Positions 1 through 10,313 of a stretch of DNA of 64,000 nt are shown piece by piece (position 1 is the stretch's first letter; every line of letters starts with the position of its first letter). The position numbers and the translations under genes are program-made. The DNA is from an uncultured virus (IMG/VR IMGVR_UViG_3300048127_000199). Lineage: Duplodnaviria > Heunggongvirae > Uroviricota > Caudoviricetes. Under the pieces are notes generated by a model, which was not told the DNA's origin, did not search any database, and saw only the letters and a program-made list of their open reading frames with translations. Location of the stretch: the IMG/VR virus record IMGVR_UViG_3300048127_000199; one strand, 5' to 3'.

Positions 1-3000
1 TTAACAGAAGAATATTTAAATGTAGAAAATTTTTCTTTGAATTTTTATCAAAATGCAAGTGAGGCAGTCTTAAGTAACGGAGGATTAGATTTAGCAATCA
101 ATTTAGATTTTTCTGCGGCAGATGTTAATGAAGACTTTTTCTTTACAATACCTGTTCAAAGAAGAGAGAGCGGCCCACAATGGTGGGGACCAAATTATGT
201 CTATCAGCGTGGAGGTGCCATTACAGTTTCTGGGGCTGGACTGAACGTAAACACCACTTTCACATTAACATTTACTGCAGCTGGAACCCCAGCAACCTTC
301 GATCATGATATTGACAATAATACAGTAACCCTAACATACCCAAGGTTTTCATCTAATCAGACTTTTAGAGTCTGGACTACAGGTGGAGGTTCAACGTATT
401 TAAGCATGGGCACAGATCCCTCTGTGATAAGTTTGGTTAATTTTATAAATAATCAGAGTGGATTTAGCGCGACAACTACAGCAGCGACATCGTTTGAAAA
501 CCGATCTCCTCCTGGAACATTGCAAGGAACATACAATTCTACTTATTCTGGAGAAGGTCAAGGCCCCTATGTTGAACAATTTGTAAATTGGATCAATAAT
601 TCAGTTGAAAATATCTCTGCCAGAATTACAGTTCCTTATGATAGTGAAACAAACTCAGGTATTGAACTAGATCAGTTTTTAAGACCTCAAGACAGATCTG
701 ATATTGTAAAATCTTACACAGATGCAGACGATAATAGGTTTGGGTACAATGACATAAATTTTAATGGTAACAGGGTTATTGTCGGCGCTACTCATAGCAA
801 TACAGAGGTTGGAGAAGACTCTGGCTTAGTTAAAATTTTTGATTACAACGGCACTGAATGGACTCAAGTAGGCACCACCATAAATGGGCACGAGTCATTA
901 GCTAAAGAAGGTTTAGTTTCTATCAACAAGGTCGGAAACATAATAATTACTGGAGGAATAAATAAAAGAAACTTTAGAATTTTTAAAGAAATTAATAGTG
1001 AATGGGTCGAGCAACATTCAGAATCTCACATAATTTCTTCCACAAAAGAAGTTTCGGTAGATATGGATTACTCAGGAGACAACACAATATCAATACAGTC
1101 ATCTGATGCAGTAGTTCGAACTAGAAAAGAAAGAGAAATACAAATTTACAATGTTAATGGCTTCTTTGATACTAGAGAATGTAGAGATTTTAGTTCAATG
1201 TTCCAAAGTTGCCTGATGTTAAATCATTTTGGCGGCAAGCTCGTCTACAACTCTACAGCTTCATCACCAGATGATGTTTTTGGCATAATTGAAGATAAAA
1301 TATTTGATTCTCTGGCATTCAATTATAAAAGCGCAGTTCGTATGGATAGAATGTTTTTCAATGTTTTTAAAGATTTTGTATCTGATTTTGTAGACGCACT
1401 TGAATCTTTGAAAAGAAGTTTCGCAATATATGGAAGTCGAACATACTATATAGAAAATACCGAAATGTTTCCCATTGAAACAATTCAAGAAATAGAAGAG
1501 CTTATTTATATATTCTTTAACCTTAGCGACCCCTCAGATCTGCCCATTAAAAATACTGCAACATCTTTATTCTACAGCTCGCTTGGGATTGAAAGTCTAG
1601 CTTCAACAAAACGTATTTATTCAGCTATTAATGCTGGTCAAACAAATAATATAGTTGGATGGACTGTAGAAGCCGATGCCGATACGATATTAAGTGATGA
1701 TGAAATTCCATCAACTATTACAGATAATAGTATTAATACTGCGCTATCAGTTTATTATGATTCGCTAGCGCCATTTTTCGCAGAAAATGACACATATTCT
1801 TTTGTTCCAGAACACAAATCTTTTTTCCTTAATTTTAATGATAGAGAAATAGATTCTGAAATTAGTTTAGGTGGCATATTTTACAACAGTCAAAATATTG
1901 AGAATGTCGTTTTTTTAAAGAATCCAAATTTTAAAAACAAAATCAACAACATTTCAAGTTCTTTTTTTGATTGTAGGAGATTAAGAGACTTCATAGATTT
2001 AAGGGGCTTCGATTTTAACACTTTACAGACTACAAATAATTTTGCGAGAAATTGCTACCATATTAAGTATATATTTTTCGATGATACATTTTTGAGTGAA
2101 GGTAATACAACATCTGATATTTCATTTATGTTTTATAACTGTTTTTTACTTCAATCTGTAAATACTGAAAACTGGATAGGCAATAATCTATACACGATGG
2201 CTCATGTTTTCGCAAATTGCCACTCTATTGAAGTGATTAATTTTTCTAAACTAAATCCAGAAAAATGTTTACTTTTCAATAATGCATTTGAAGAATGTAA
2301 CTCAATTAATGAATTAAACTTAAATAATTTCTCAACTACTTCAGGAATCAGTTTTAATTATATGTTTCAAAACGTGGGTGCAGCTTATCCTGCATGGGAA
2401 TTTATTTATGAAGAATACGGCCCTCCAGGTAGTGCTGGTACAGTATCAACTGAGCAGCCTGACCTTGATTACGCCGAAGGAGTTAATGCCTACTTACTTA
2501 ATAATTACGTAAGAGATGAGTCTGGTAATATAATACCCCCAAGTTCTGCAATCGATTTTCAATTTTACCGAAATCAAGTTTACGGAAATTGGTATTCGCT
2601 TTACTATGGAAGTCTTAACAGTTATTATTATCAGCAGGATGGATTTCTTTACATAGTTTTAGATTTTTTAAGAGATAATTTTTACAGAGAAGCTCAGTTA
2701 ACGATGCCTACGCAAGAAGAATACACTATGTATATAGATAGAAAATGGGATTACTCGGAAGGATTGGATTCCTTAGACTTAACAAGCTTTGATATCTCTA
2801 ACGCTTACCAAGCAGATAGATCTCCCTACAATACTCGTAGCACAAGTCATTTGGTAAGTACCAGATACCGCGGACTTTTTGAAGATAAATACTTACCACA
2901 GCTATTAGGTAATTCAAGACACTGGAACCCAGATCTTGTGAATGCTTATTCATACGTTTCGCTATTCCTAAAACATAAAGCTCTTAATAATAATTTTTAT

Positions 3001-6000
3001 TTTGAAAAAATCAATGATTCAGACCACCCATTTGACTACATGGACCAAATGTTTCAGGAATATGAAAAAGCTTATGAAATCGATCCAACTCCTTCGTTAG
3101 CGTATTCGCTTTCCTCCCCCCTTTATCCTTTTTATACTAATTACAACAATGGCCTTTCTGGTGGCATAACTGGCATGTTCAAAGGGTTAACTATTAATAC
3201 TTTAACCATACCCGAAAATTTTAAAATAAATAATCATTCCAAAAAATTCGCTAATGTGGATCTTTCCAGTGGCACTGCATCACTTATGAAAGATATAATG
3301 GAGACAAAAAGTTCAAAATTATTTTATAGCGAAAATGAAATTTTAGATTTTGTTAATAATTCGAACTGGGATCCTACGAATTCTACAACTTTTAATAACC
3401 CCCTTTATGGCGACTTTGTTATAGCTTTATCACCATCTTGCAAAGAACTGTTTTTTAGGATTAGAGTAAATGAATTAAATATTTCCAATGAATTCTTAGA
3501 AAGCTTATCGGCAACTAGAGATATATCTGGATTATTTAGCTCAGCATGTTGTAGAAACTTTAATGAAAATTGGGCGTTAAAACCTAGTGAGTTTAATCGT
3601 TCTTCGTACGTTTCTGGAGGCGCAATAAAAACTAATCTGACCGATTTTTCAAAAATCGACACCAGCTCAGCTTTAATTTTTACTTCCGCTTTTGGGGAAG
3701 CGATGCTTGAAAACTTAGATTTATCTACATTAAATACAAATAATGCTTTTGATCTTACATACACATTTGCCCGCTGGGACTTAAGCCTAAACCCCCTAGT
3801 TCTTTCAAGCATGGATACATCTAACGTTCGTTCAATGGTTGGAACCTTCTCATACATAAAGGATCTTAGCTCGCTAACAACAGTACCTAACTCAGTAGAT
3901 CTATCTTTTTTAAATTTTAAAAAAGTTGTAAACATTGGTGAAATATTTAGAATGACTCATGTTAATATTATAACGATGCCGACTTCTCGTCATTTATTTA
4001 AAACCAGTGCTGATACTAATTTATTCAATATATCTTATGCTTTTAATGGGGATCAGACCAAATATAGCCCTAATGAAGCTTTTCATTTCAATAATATTAA
4101 AGAAATGTTTGATAAAATTAATTTGTTCATACGCAACATATGCCTAGGAGATACCTCTGATCTTACAAGTCTATCTAATTTATTTGATAGAAGATTTCCA
4201 CGACTATCAGTTAATCACCGACCCATACATGGAAGATTAACATCTCTAAATGAAAACCAAAGTGATTATAATTCAATAGTAGACCCAAACTATACATCAC
4301 GCCAAGACTTTTTAGATAATGAAAGTGAATATAATTACAGGGCGTTCGGGCCTGTCTTCTTTTTTGATGATGATTTAACAGACCTCTCAAACCAAGATTA
4401 CATATTAGATGTTACTCCGCTAGATATGGGAGGGTTTAGGCAAAACAACATCCAGCAAGATTGGCGTTATATGTTCTCTGATATAGCAGTAAAAGGAATT
4501 AAAGGTATAAATGAAATCAATTTTGACGTAAGAAAATTAGAGTCTTATGGAACTTACAGATTAAGTAATATGTTCCAGTTTTACCTTTACCACTCTTTTA
4601 CGAATTACAGAACTTATCCTTCAGCAGCAACAAACGGCTTCGTAGGCTCAGTAGGCTCAATAAACGAGGTTCTATTACACGCAATAGACATATCCCATTG
4701 GTGTACAGAAGGAACAAGCGAGCCATCTCGTTTTGTGTACGGAATGAGCGCAATCACTAAAGAAGTCGTACTTATTGATTACAATACATCGCCCCCCTCA
4801 GAATACGTCACATTCAGAGCGCCAGACTGGGGCTTGGCATGCAATATAAACTTAGAATATACAATATCTAATATTACACCAGGTTCAAGAGTTCAAGTAT
4901 ATAACCTAACTCAAACATATGAGGTTTATAATGATATAGTCAATGCAAATTCATTGGTAGATTATTTTACTCAAAACGAGATTCAAGAAGGTGATAAAAT
5001 AAGGGTAAGAGTTACTTATGTAAATGGAACTTCAGCTAATCAGCCTATAGAACTAATTGAAGAAATTCAATATCCAGGCTTAAATATTTCTCTTGATACA
5101 TCAAGCTCTACAATTTACAATGCAATTGCTATTGATGGTAGTAGTGTCGCAGAGTTTGAAGCTGTGAACTATTCTCAATCTAATAAGCCACCAATAATTG
5201 AAATCAATGATACAAACAATGAAACTTTTGTAAATAGATTTATAGCTTGGTATTTCAATGAAATAACAACAGAGAACGGAATAAGTTATTTATATAATGC
5301 TTTTATAATTAAATCTGTAAATCAAGTAATAATTAATCCTGATAATAATTTTTATTCCAGCTGGTATTATGGAAAGTTTATAGGCGCAACAAAATTTAAC
5401 AATACAAAATTAGATACATTATATTTTAAAAATGGATCAATATATCCATCAGATGGCTCATCTCCTAAAACAGAAGATAGTAATGAAATTATTTTTGATG
5501 ATTTTATTATTGATTTATCAGCGAAAGATGGGAGTTACGCAGGGCTAGACGTCGAATTTGTTTTAGTGGAAACGGGAAGCTTCGAGGCTAACGTAAGCAC
5601 GGATTGTATAGATTGCTTGGGTTCGGAAACCACTCAAGAAGTTTTAATAACAGAAGAGTTTTATATAGCTAAAACGGAAGTAACTCAATCTCAATATGAA
5701 CTAATAACTCGCAACAACAACTTAGGTTTAAGCACGAACCCAAGTCAGTATACTGGGCCCAATTTACCAGTTGAGCAAGTCTCATGGGATAATGTTCAAG
5801 ATTTCTTCACTATACTAAATACTGAATATTTAGACATTCTACCAATAGGGTGGAGCTTTAGTCTACCCTCAGAAGCTGAGTGGGAATTTGCAGGCAGAGG
5901 AGGAGTTAACTCTGGATACTACTGGGGAGATACAATTGATTCATCGAAAGCTAATTATAATTGGGACGGTGGTCAAAACGATGGGAGTGATACTAACAAA

Positions 6001-7014
6001 ACGGTCGATGTAAGCACTTTTGCCCCAAATCCTCTAGGACTTCTTGATATTCACGGTAATGTATCTGAATGGGTATTAGATCCATTTCAAATGCAATACC
6101 CTGGGACATCTACTAAAGATCCAAATGATTATCCTTATGGAGTAGCTATAGATCCATTCTCTTTTGCGAATTCAGACGAAAGAATAATTAAAGGAGGCGC
6201 GTGGAACGATGGAGCAGACGCATTAAAATTCGCATATAGATCGAAAGCTCTAAAAAACGCAAAGAGTCGTTCATTAGGGTTCAGAATAGCCATACGAAAA
6301 TCTCCCCTTGTATTGTTTAACAGAGATACTTTTATTGTAGTAACCTTTGATACCTCAGGATCTATGTCTGGAGCTGAACCGCAAATAAGAGCAGCTCTTT
6401 CTGGTGGTTACTTTAAGCAAGGTAGCACTACAGAAAGAAACCCAGAGTCAGTTAGGGCAGTCCTACAAGATTATTATGCCACAGGAGGAACAGAATTTGA
6501 AGGTAATACTAACCCTGCAACAAATGGAAGAGACGAATACGACGCAAAAGTACGATTTATAGAAGATCCATCAGAAAGGCATTGGGAATATATAAGAAAT
6601 AGTAAAGGGACGGGTTTAGGGGTAGGAGTGGGTGACGATTTTGAAGGAGCTAAAGCTATTATATCTTTAGCCTTTCAGGATGAGTCAAGTCCTTACGGTA
6701 ACAGCGCCACCAACACCCAAAGCCAACAGGATGTATCAAATTTAAAAGCAGAAATACTAGCTCTACCAAACAGTGTTTTATTCTTTGGTCATGCTTTCCA
6801 CGTAACAGGGACTGCTGCATTCAAAACTTACCTGCAAGACATTCAAAACGGAAAGTCGGGACTTAGCAGTAATTTTACTTTTCAAGATGAGCCATGGAAT
6901 GAAATGATTGGATTTTCATATGATTTAAATGAAAATGAATCTACTTTATTTTTTAGGAATAAAATTTTAGAAGCCATAGAGGATAAGGGTTATCAATTAC
7001 CTGATTTATTTTAA
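1..7014 (+). CDS. Giant multidomain surface/virion protein (FG-GAP-like repeat, BspA/DUF285-type leucine-rich repeats, FGE-sulfatase/C-type-lectin-fold domain, C-terminal vWA); 5' truncated
   Basis: Frame is open from base 1, so the start probably lies upstream of the window. Motifs: RFGYNDINFNGNRVIVGA..VKIFDYNGTEWTQVG; repeated SMFxxC/FMFYNC/DTSNVRSM; TEVTQSQYE..PVEQVSW..LPSEAEWEFAGRGG..GNVSEW..GFRI (about 5550-6295); FDTSGSM MIDAS-like motif at about 6346-6366. Confidence 0.75.
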   Translation, partial: LTEEYLNVENFSLNFYQNASEAVLSNGGLDLAINLDFSAADVNEDFFFTIPVQRRESGPQWWGPNYVYQRGGAITVSGAGLNVNTTFTLTFTAAGTPATFDHDIDNNTVTLTYPRFSSNQTFRVWTTGGGSTYLSMGTDPSVISLVNFINNQSGFSATTTAATSFENRSPPGTLQGTYNSTYSGEGQGPYVEQFVNWINNSVENISARITVPYDSETNSGIELDQFLRPQDRSDIVKSYTDADDNRFGYNDINFNGNRVIVGATHSNTEVGEDSGLVKIFDYNGTEWTQVGTTINGHESLAKEGLVSINKVGNIIITGGINKRNFRIFKEINSEWVEQHSESHIISSTKEVSVDMDYSGDNTISIQSSDAVVRTRKEREIQIYNVNGFFDTRECRDFSSMFQSCLMLNHFGGKLVYNSTASSPDDVFGIIEDKIFDSLAFNYKSAVRMDRMFFNVFKDFVSDFVDALESLKRSFAIYGSRTYYIENTEMFPIETIQEIEELIYIFFNLSDPSDLPIKNTATSLFYSSLGIESLASTKRIYSAINAGQTNNIVGWTVEADADTILSDDEIPSTITDNSINTALSVYYDSLAPFFAENDTYSFVPEHKSFFLNFNDREIDSEISLGGIFYNSQNIENVVFLKNPNFKNKINNISSSFFDCRRLRDFIDLRGFDFNTLQTTNNFARNCYHIKYIFFDDTFLSEGNTTSDISFMFYNCFLLQSVNTENWIGNNLYTMAHVFANCHSIEVINFSKLNPEKCLLFNNAFEECNSINELNLNNFSTTSGISFNYMFQNVGAAYPAWEFIYEEYGPPGSAGTVSTEQPDLDYAEGVNAYLLNNYVRDESGNIIPPSSAIDFQFYRNQVYGNWYSLYYGSLNSYYYQQDGFLYIVLDFLRDNFYREAQLTMPTQEEYTMYIDRKWDYSEGLDSLDLTSFDISNAYQADRSPYNTRSTSHLVSTRYRGLFEDKYLPQLLGNSRHWNPDLVNAYSYVSLFLKHKALNNNFYFEKINDSDHPFDYMDQMFQEYEKAYEIDPTPSLAYSLSSPLYPFYTNYNNGLSGGITGMFKGLTINTLTIPENFKINNHSKKFANVDLSSGTASLMKDIMETKSSKLFYSENEILDFVNNSNWDPTNSTTFNNPLYGDFVIALSPSCKELFFRIRVNELNISNEFLESLSATRDISGLFSSACCRNFNENWALKPSEFNRSSYVSGGAIKTNLTDFSKIDTSSALIFTSAFGEAMLENLDLSTLNTNNAFDLTYTFARWDLSLNPLVLSSMDTSNVRSMVGTFSYIKDLSSLTTVPNSVDLSFLNFKKVVNIGEIFRMTHVNIITMPTSRHLFKTSADTNLFNISYAFNGDQTKYSPNEAFHFNNIKEMFDKINLFIRNICLGDTSDLTSLSNLFDRRFPRLSVNHRPIHGRLTSLNENQSDYNSIVDPNYTSRQDFLDNESEYNYRAFGPVFFFDDDLTDLSNQDYILDVTPLDMGGFRQNNIQQDWRYMFSDIAVKGIKGINEINFDVRKLESYGTYRLSNMFQFYLYHSFTNYRTYPSAATNGFVGSVGSINEVLLHAIDISHWCTEGTSEPSRFVYGMSAITKEVVLIDYNTSPPSEYVTFRAPDWGLACNINLEYTISNITPGSRVQVYNLTQTYEVYNDIVNANSLVDYFTQNEIQEGDKIRVRVTYVNGTSANQPIELIEEIQYPGLNISLDTSSSTIYNAIAIDGSSVAEFEAVNYSQSNKPPIIEINDTNNETFVNRFIAWYFNEITTENGISYLYNAFIIKSVNQVIINPDNNFYSSWYYGKFIGATKFNNTKLDTLYFKNGSIYPSDGSSPKTEDSNEIIFDDFIIDLSAKDGSYAGLDVEFVLVETGSFEANVSTDCIDCLGSETTQEVLITEEFYIAKTEVTQSQYELITRNNNLGLSTNPSQYTGPNLPVEQVSWDNVQDFFTILNTEYLDILPIGWSFSLPSEAEWEFAGRGGVNSGYYWGDTIDSSKANYNWDGGQNDGSDTNKTVDVSTFAPNPLGLLDIHGNVSEWVLDPFQMQYPGTSTKDPNDYPYGVAIDPFSFANSDERIIKGGAWNDGADALKFAYRSKALKNAKSRSLGFRIAIRKSPLVLFNRDTFIVVTFDTSGSMSGAEPQIRAALSGGYFKQGSTTERNPESVRAVLQDYYATGGTEFEGNTNPATNGRDEYDAKVRFIEDPSERHWEYIRNSKGTGLGVGVGDDFEGAKAIISLAFQDESSPYGNSATNTQSQQDVSNLKAEILALPNSVLFFGHAFHVTGTAAFKTYLQDIQNGKSGLSSNFTFQDEPWNEMIGFSYDLNENESTLFFRNKILEAIEDKGYQLPDLF

Positions 7015-7026
7015 ATCAATTTGATA

Positions 7027-7055
7027 TTGACTTTGATCTTTATTCAGTCTATAAT
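7027..7055 (+). promoter_or_regulatory. sigma70-type promoter of nrdB
   Basis: TTGACT(7027)-17nt-TATAAT(7050); ATG at 7072. Confidence 0.75.
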
Positions 7056-7071
7056 CGTTATATATAAAATT

Positions 7072-8085
7072 ATGAAAGATAAAACAGGAGAACTACTAAC
7101 AAAAAATATTGCAGGGGTAAATAGAATTTTACCTCATAAACATAAATACGCATGGGATTTATTTTTAAAAAGTTGCGCTAATAATTGGATGCCTACAGAG
7201 ATATCAATGCAAAACGATATTCAGCAGTGGAAAAATAACGAAATTACAGATGATGAAAAACTTCTAGTTAAGCGTTGTCTTGGCTTTTTTGCTGGGAGCG
7301 AGTCCTTAGTTGGCAATAATCTACTTCTTTCGGCATTTAAATTTGTCACTGACGCTGAATGCCGACAGTACATATTGCGCCAGGCATTCGAAGAAAGCTT
7401 GCATAATCTTACGGTAGTTTATATATGCGATAGTTTAGATCTGGATATTGAAGAAGTTTTTACTGCGTATGAAACTATTCCTAGTATAAAAGCTAAAGAT
7501 GACTTTCTAATGAGTATTACTAACGATATTACCCGTCAAGATTTTAACCCACACAACAAAGAAGGTAAACAAGAAATACTAAGAAACTTCTTAACTTACT
7601 GGATCGTCTGCGAAGGAACTTTCTTTTTTAGTGGCTTTGCAATGTTACTTGCTTTAGGTAGGCAAAATAAACTGCAAGGAGTTTCTGACCAAATAAAATA
7701 TACATTAAGAGATGAAAGTTCTCACATTGCATTCGGAACTTATTTAATTAATACATTAATTGAGCAGAACCCATCAATATGGACTAAAGCTATTCAAGAT
7801 GAATTCGTAGAGCATATAAAGAAAGCTGTAGAGTTAGAAATAGCATATGCTCATGATGTACTTCCAACAGGAATACTAGGATTAAATGCAGAAATGTTTG
7901 TAGATTACATGCATTATATAGGCAACAGAAGATTAGAAGCTATAGGCTTAGATTATCGCTTTCCGAGCGACAAAAACCCATTTCCATGGCTAGGAGAAGT
8001 AGTAGATGTTCAAGCTATGGGCAACTTCTTTGAGAGAAGGGTTAGAGAGTACCAACAAAGTGGATCTCTAGAAGACGATTTTTAA
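7072..8085 (+). CDS. nrdB: Ribonucleotide reductase small subunit, Chlamydia-like class Ic (R2c) type
   Basis: W.P.EI.M..D, FFAGSESLVGNNL, RQAFEESLH, EGTFFFSGF, RDESSH, NFFERRV.EYQ; ATG 7072 preferred over TTG 7021. Confidence 0.95.
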   Translation: MKDKTGELLTKNIAGVNRILPHKHKYAWDLFLKSCANNWMPTEISMQNDIQQWKNNEITDDEKLLVKRCLGFFAGSESLVGNNLLLSAFKFVTDAECRQYILRQAFEESLHNLTVVYICDSLDLDIEEVFTAYETIPSIKAKDDFLMSITNDITRQDFNPHNKEGKQEILRNFLTYWIVCEGTFFFSGFAMLLALGRQNKLQGVSDQIKYTLRDESSHIAFGTYLINTLIEQNPSIWTKAIQDEFVEHIKKAVELEIAYAHDVLPTGILGLNAEMFVDYMHYIGNRRLEAIGLDYRFPSDKNPFPWLGEVVDVQAMGNFFERRVREYQQSGSLEDDF

Positions 8086-9477
8086 TTATTTATTACTCGA
8101 CCTTTTAGCTTTTTCTAAAGCTTCTTTGGATGGGCGATCTTTATCTCCAGGTTTCGCTGGTTTATAATTTTTGCCCATCCTTTTTTTCTTGTCTCTAATA
8201 TTTTCCCATAAACCTTTTTTATGTCCAGGAGCATGACCAGCTTCAGAATCTTGTTTAATTTTCTTTTGTAATTCTTCATGAGTTTTTCCTGGCATAAACA
8301 TAGTTTTTCCATTCTGTTTTTGCTCGTGTATTCCATTTAGTCCTAGTTTCTTTGCGGCTTGCATAGCTTCACCAGGATTGTCAAAAATATATTTAGCTTG
8401 GGATTCGGCAGCCTTTGAATCTTCTTTCTTAGACTCTTTTTTATCTTTTGATTTGTCAGATTCTTTATCTTTTTTTTCGTCAGGTTTACCACCTTTCTTC
8501 TTCATAATAGCTTTTTGTAAAGCAGGGGGTAATTTCTTTTGCTCTTTAGAGAGTTCCGCTTCTATATCTTCTTTAAAAATTCCATCAAAATCAGCTTGGG
8601 ACTCATCAAGTAAATCAAATTTTTTAATATCTAAATCAACTTCTATACGCTCTTCTTGAGTGATTCCCCAATCTCCATCATCCTCAAGATACACGCTGGA
8701 TGCTTTAGCTACGTCTTGGTCAGCTTTACGATAAGAATCTTTGACTTTACCACCCCTTTTCATTTTCAAAAACATATTGACTCTAGCCATTGCCCATCCA
8801 CCCCTTGTCATGCCAGGTCGATGAGAGGTAGAGAAAGCTCCAGCTCCTCTTCTATATATTTTTTTTAATTGTCCAAGAGTAACTTTTTTACTTGGATGTT
8901 TTTTATTGTGATCAGAAACTTTTTGCTTTAAACCACTTATAACTTTTTCTGAAAATGTAATCTTTGAACCTTTTTCTCCAGCACTCCCAGCTTTATTTTT
9001 GTTTGAACCTTTTTTCTTCTCTGAAGGTTTGGCTGGAGTTTGAGCGGCGCTTTTAGGACCAGACCTAGCCTCGCTTTCGTCTAAAAATTCTACCATTTCT
9101 TGCTCAGTACCATCTTCCCCCTTGGTCATTTTAGTAACACTCTTCTTACTCCACATCTTACAACTCCAATATTTAGCCTTAGTCTTAGGTCCAGGATTGT
9201 CGCAGCCATGTCTAGCTCTAAAGCTTTTTCGTCTTGCAGGATCATCTCGCTTTATAGACATATTCGGATCTCCGAAATTAACTTTTACCACATTACCTTT
9301 ATCATTTTTAACATAAACTGAAAACTTCTTCGGTCCACCAGGAGTCCTGAATGGTTTATTTAACTTTTTCCCTTTATTTTTTTCAGCAGCCCAAGCTTCT
9401 TCTGAAATAACTTCTTCAGTTCCTTGTTGCGCTAATAACTGATCTTTAATTTGTTTGGTAAAATCTAATTCTTTCAT
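8086..9477 (-). CDS. Lys-rich mosaic phage protein, possible virion core/DNA-condensing protein
   Basis: Modules FRARHGC..KYWSCKMW, KIYRRGAGAF..HRPG..WAMARVN and KKGLWENIR resemble motifs recurrent in large-virus proteins; very basic. Confidence 0.55.
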   Translation of the reverse strand: MKELDFTKQIKDQLLAQQGTEEVISEEAWAAEKNKGKKLNKPFRTPGGPKKFSVYVKNDKGNVVKVNFGDPNMSIKRDDPARRKSFRARHGCDNPGPKTKAKYWSCKMWSKKSVTKMTKGEDGTEQEMVEFLDESEARSGPKSAAQTPAKPSEKKKGSNKNKAGSAGEKGSKITFSEKVISGLKQKVSDHNKKHPSKKVTLGQLKKIYRRGAGAFSTSHRPGMTRGGWAMARVNMFLKMKRGGKVKDSYRKADQDVAKASSVYLEDDGDWGITQEERIEVDLDIKKFDLLDESQADFDGIFKEDIEAELSKEQKKLPPALQKAIMKKKGGKPDEKKDKESDKSKDKKESKKEDSKAAESQAKYIFDNPGEAMQAAKKLGLNGIHEQKQNGKTMFMPGKTHEELQKKIKQDSEAGHAPGHKKGLWENIRDKKKRMGKNYKPAKPGDKDRPSKEALEKAKRSSNK

Positions 9478-9485
9478 AAGGGAAT

Positions 9486-9536
9486 TTACACATTATTTAT
9501 TTAATAAATAAAACTTTTTATATTTTTTGTGTGTAA
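9486..9536. promoter_or_regulatory. Divergent pair of GTGTAA motifs (putative phage-specific promoters)
   Basis: TTACAC 9486-9491 lies 8 nt from the minus-strand ATG at 9477; GTGTAA 9531-9536 lies 8 nt from ATG 9545. Confidence 0.65.
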
Positions 9537-9544
9537 TATTGATT

Positions 9545-9940
9545 ATGGAATATAGTAAACAAGGAGTACCAGGAAAACTTATTAATACTCAAGTAGCTTC
9601 AGCCAATCTTGGTGAAGTTACTGAGTTTGAGGGGCAAAGAATTCAATCTGCTTATTTTTCAACTTGTGGAGATACGATAGGCATACAAGCTCCAGAAGGT
9701 AGATCAATTGTAATAACTGACGTAATTCATGGGGCTACAGGAGGCACTACTGGAGATAGTACTGATTTAGAGCTATGCTATAAAGACTCAAAATCATCCT
9801 TAGCTTCGGCTAGAGTAGTTTTTCTAGTTATGCCAGCAAGAACAACCCATACTTTTTTTACTCCAATTTTATTACCTCAAAGTAAATTTTTAAACTTTAG
9901 AGCTGGATCTGATCTCACAATTTGCTATTACATAGTTTAG
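9545..9940 (+). CDS. Hypothetical protein (beta-rich, possibly structural)
   Basis: ORF; ATG 9545 chosen from the GTGTAA-N8 motif. Confidence 0.6.
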   Translation: MEYSKQGVPGKLINTQVASANLGEVTEFEGQRIQSAYFSTCGDTIGIQAPEGRSIVITDVIHGATGGTTGDSTDLELCYKDSKSSLASARVVFLVMPARTTHTFFTPILLPQSKFLNFRAGSDLTICYYIV

Positions 9941-9942
9941 TC

Positions 9943-9971
9943 TTGACTTTTATATAAATATCACCTATAAT
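9943..9971 (+). promoter_or_regulatory. sigma70-type promoter
   Basis: TTGACT-17-TATAAT, immediately followed by ATG 9975/GTG 9978. Confidence 0.8.
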
Positions 9972-9974
9972 CAT

Positions 9975-10313
9975 ATGGTGATTAAAAATAAAAACAAAAA
10001 AGACATTCTTGCCAACATAGTAAATATTCCTAAAACTCAAAAACGAGCATTTTGGGCGCGTGAATTTAAAATCTTAAATGACTTAATGAGGCTATTCCCT
10101 AATGAATCTTTCTGGAATTTAATCAACTTTAAAGAAAAAAAAGACTCTTTAATATTTTATAAGTCAGAACACGGAATAAAAGTACTTAAAACATTATATA
10201 ATGAATATAATTATCAACCTAGAGTCACTCCCAAAATTGAGTTAGGCGAAAAATTTGGTGAAGATAAGATTATATCAAGCAATAAAAACACAATTAAAAA
10301 CTTTTTATCATAA
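9975..10313 (+). CDS. Hypothetical protein
   Basis: ORF whose stop overlaps the recA-like start (TAATG). Confidence 0.7.
   Translation: MVIKNKNKKDILANIVNIPKTQKRAFWAREFKILNDLMRLFPNESFWNLINFKEKKDSLIFYKSEHGIKVLKTLYNEYNYQPRVTPKIELGEKFGEDKIISSNKNTIKNFLS

Noticed and set aside
5550..6300. Diversity-generating retroelement targeting the FGE domain
   Set aside because: No reverse transcriptase or template repeat seen in the window, and the domain is internal rather than C-terminal
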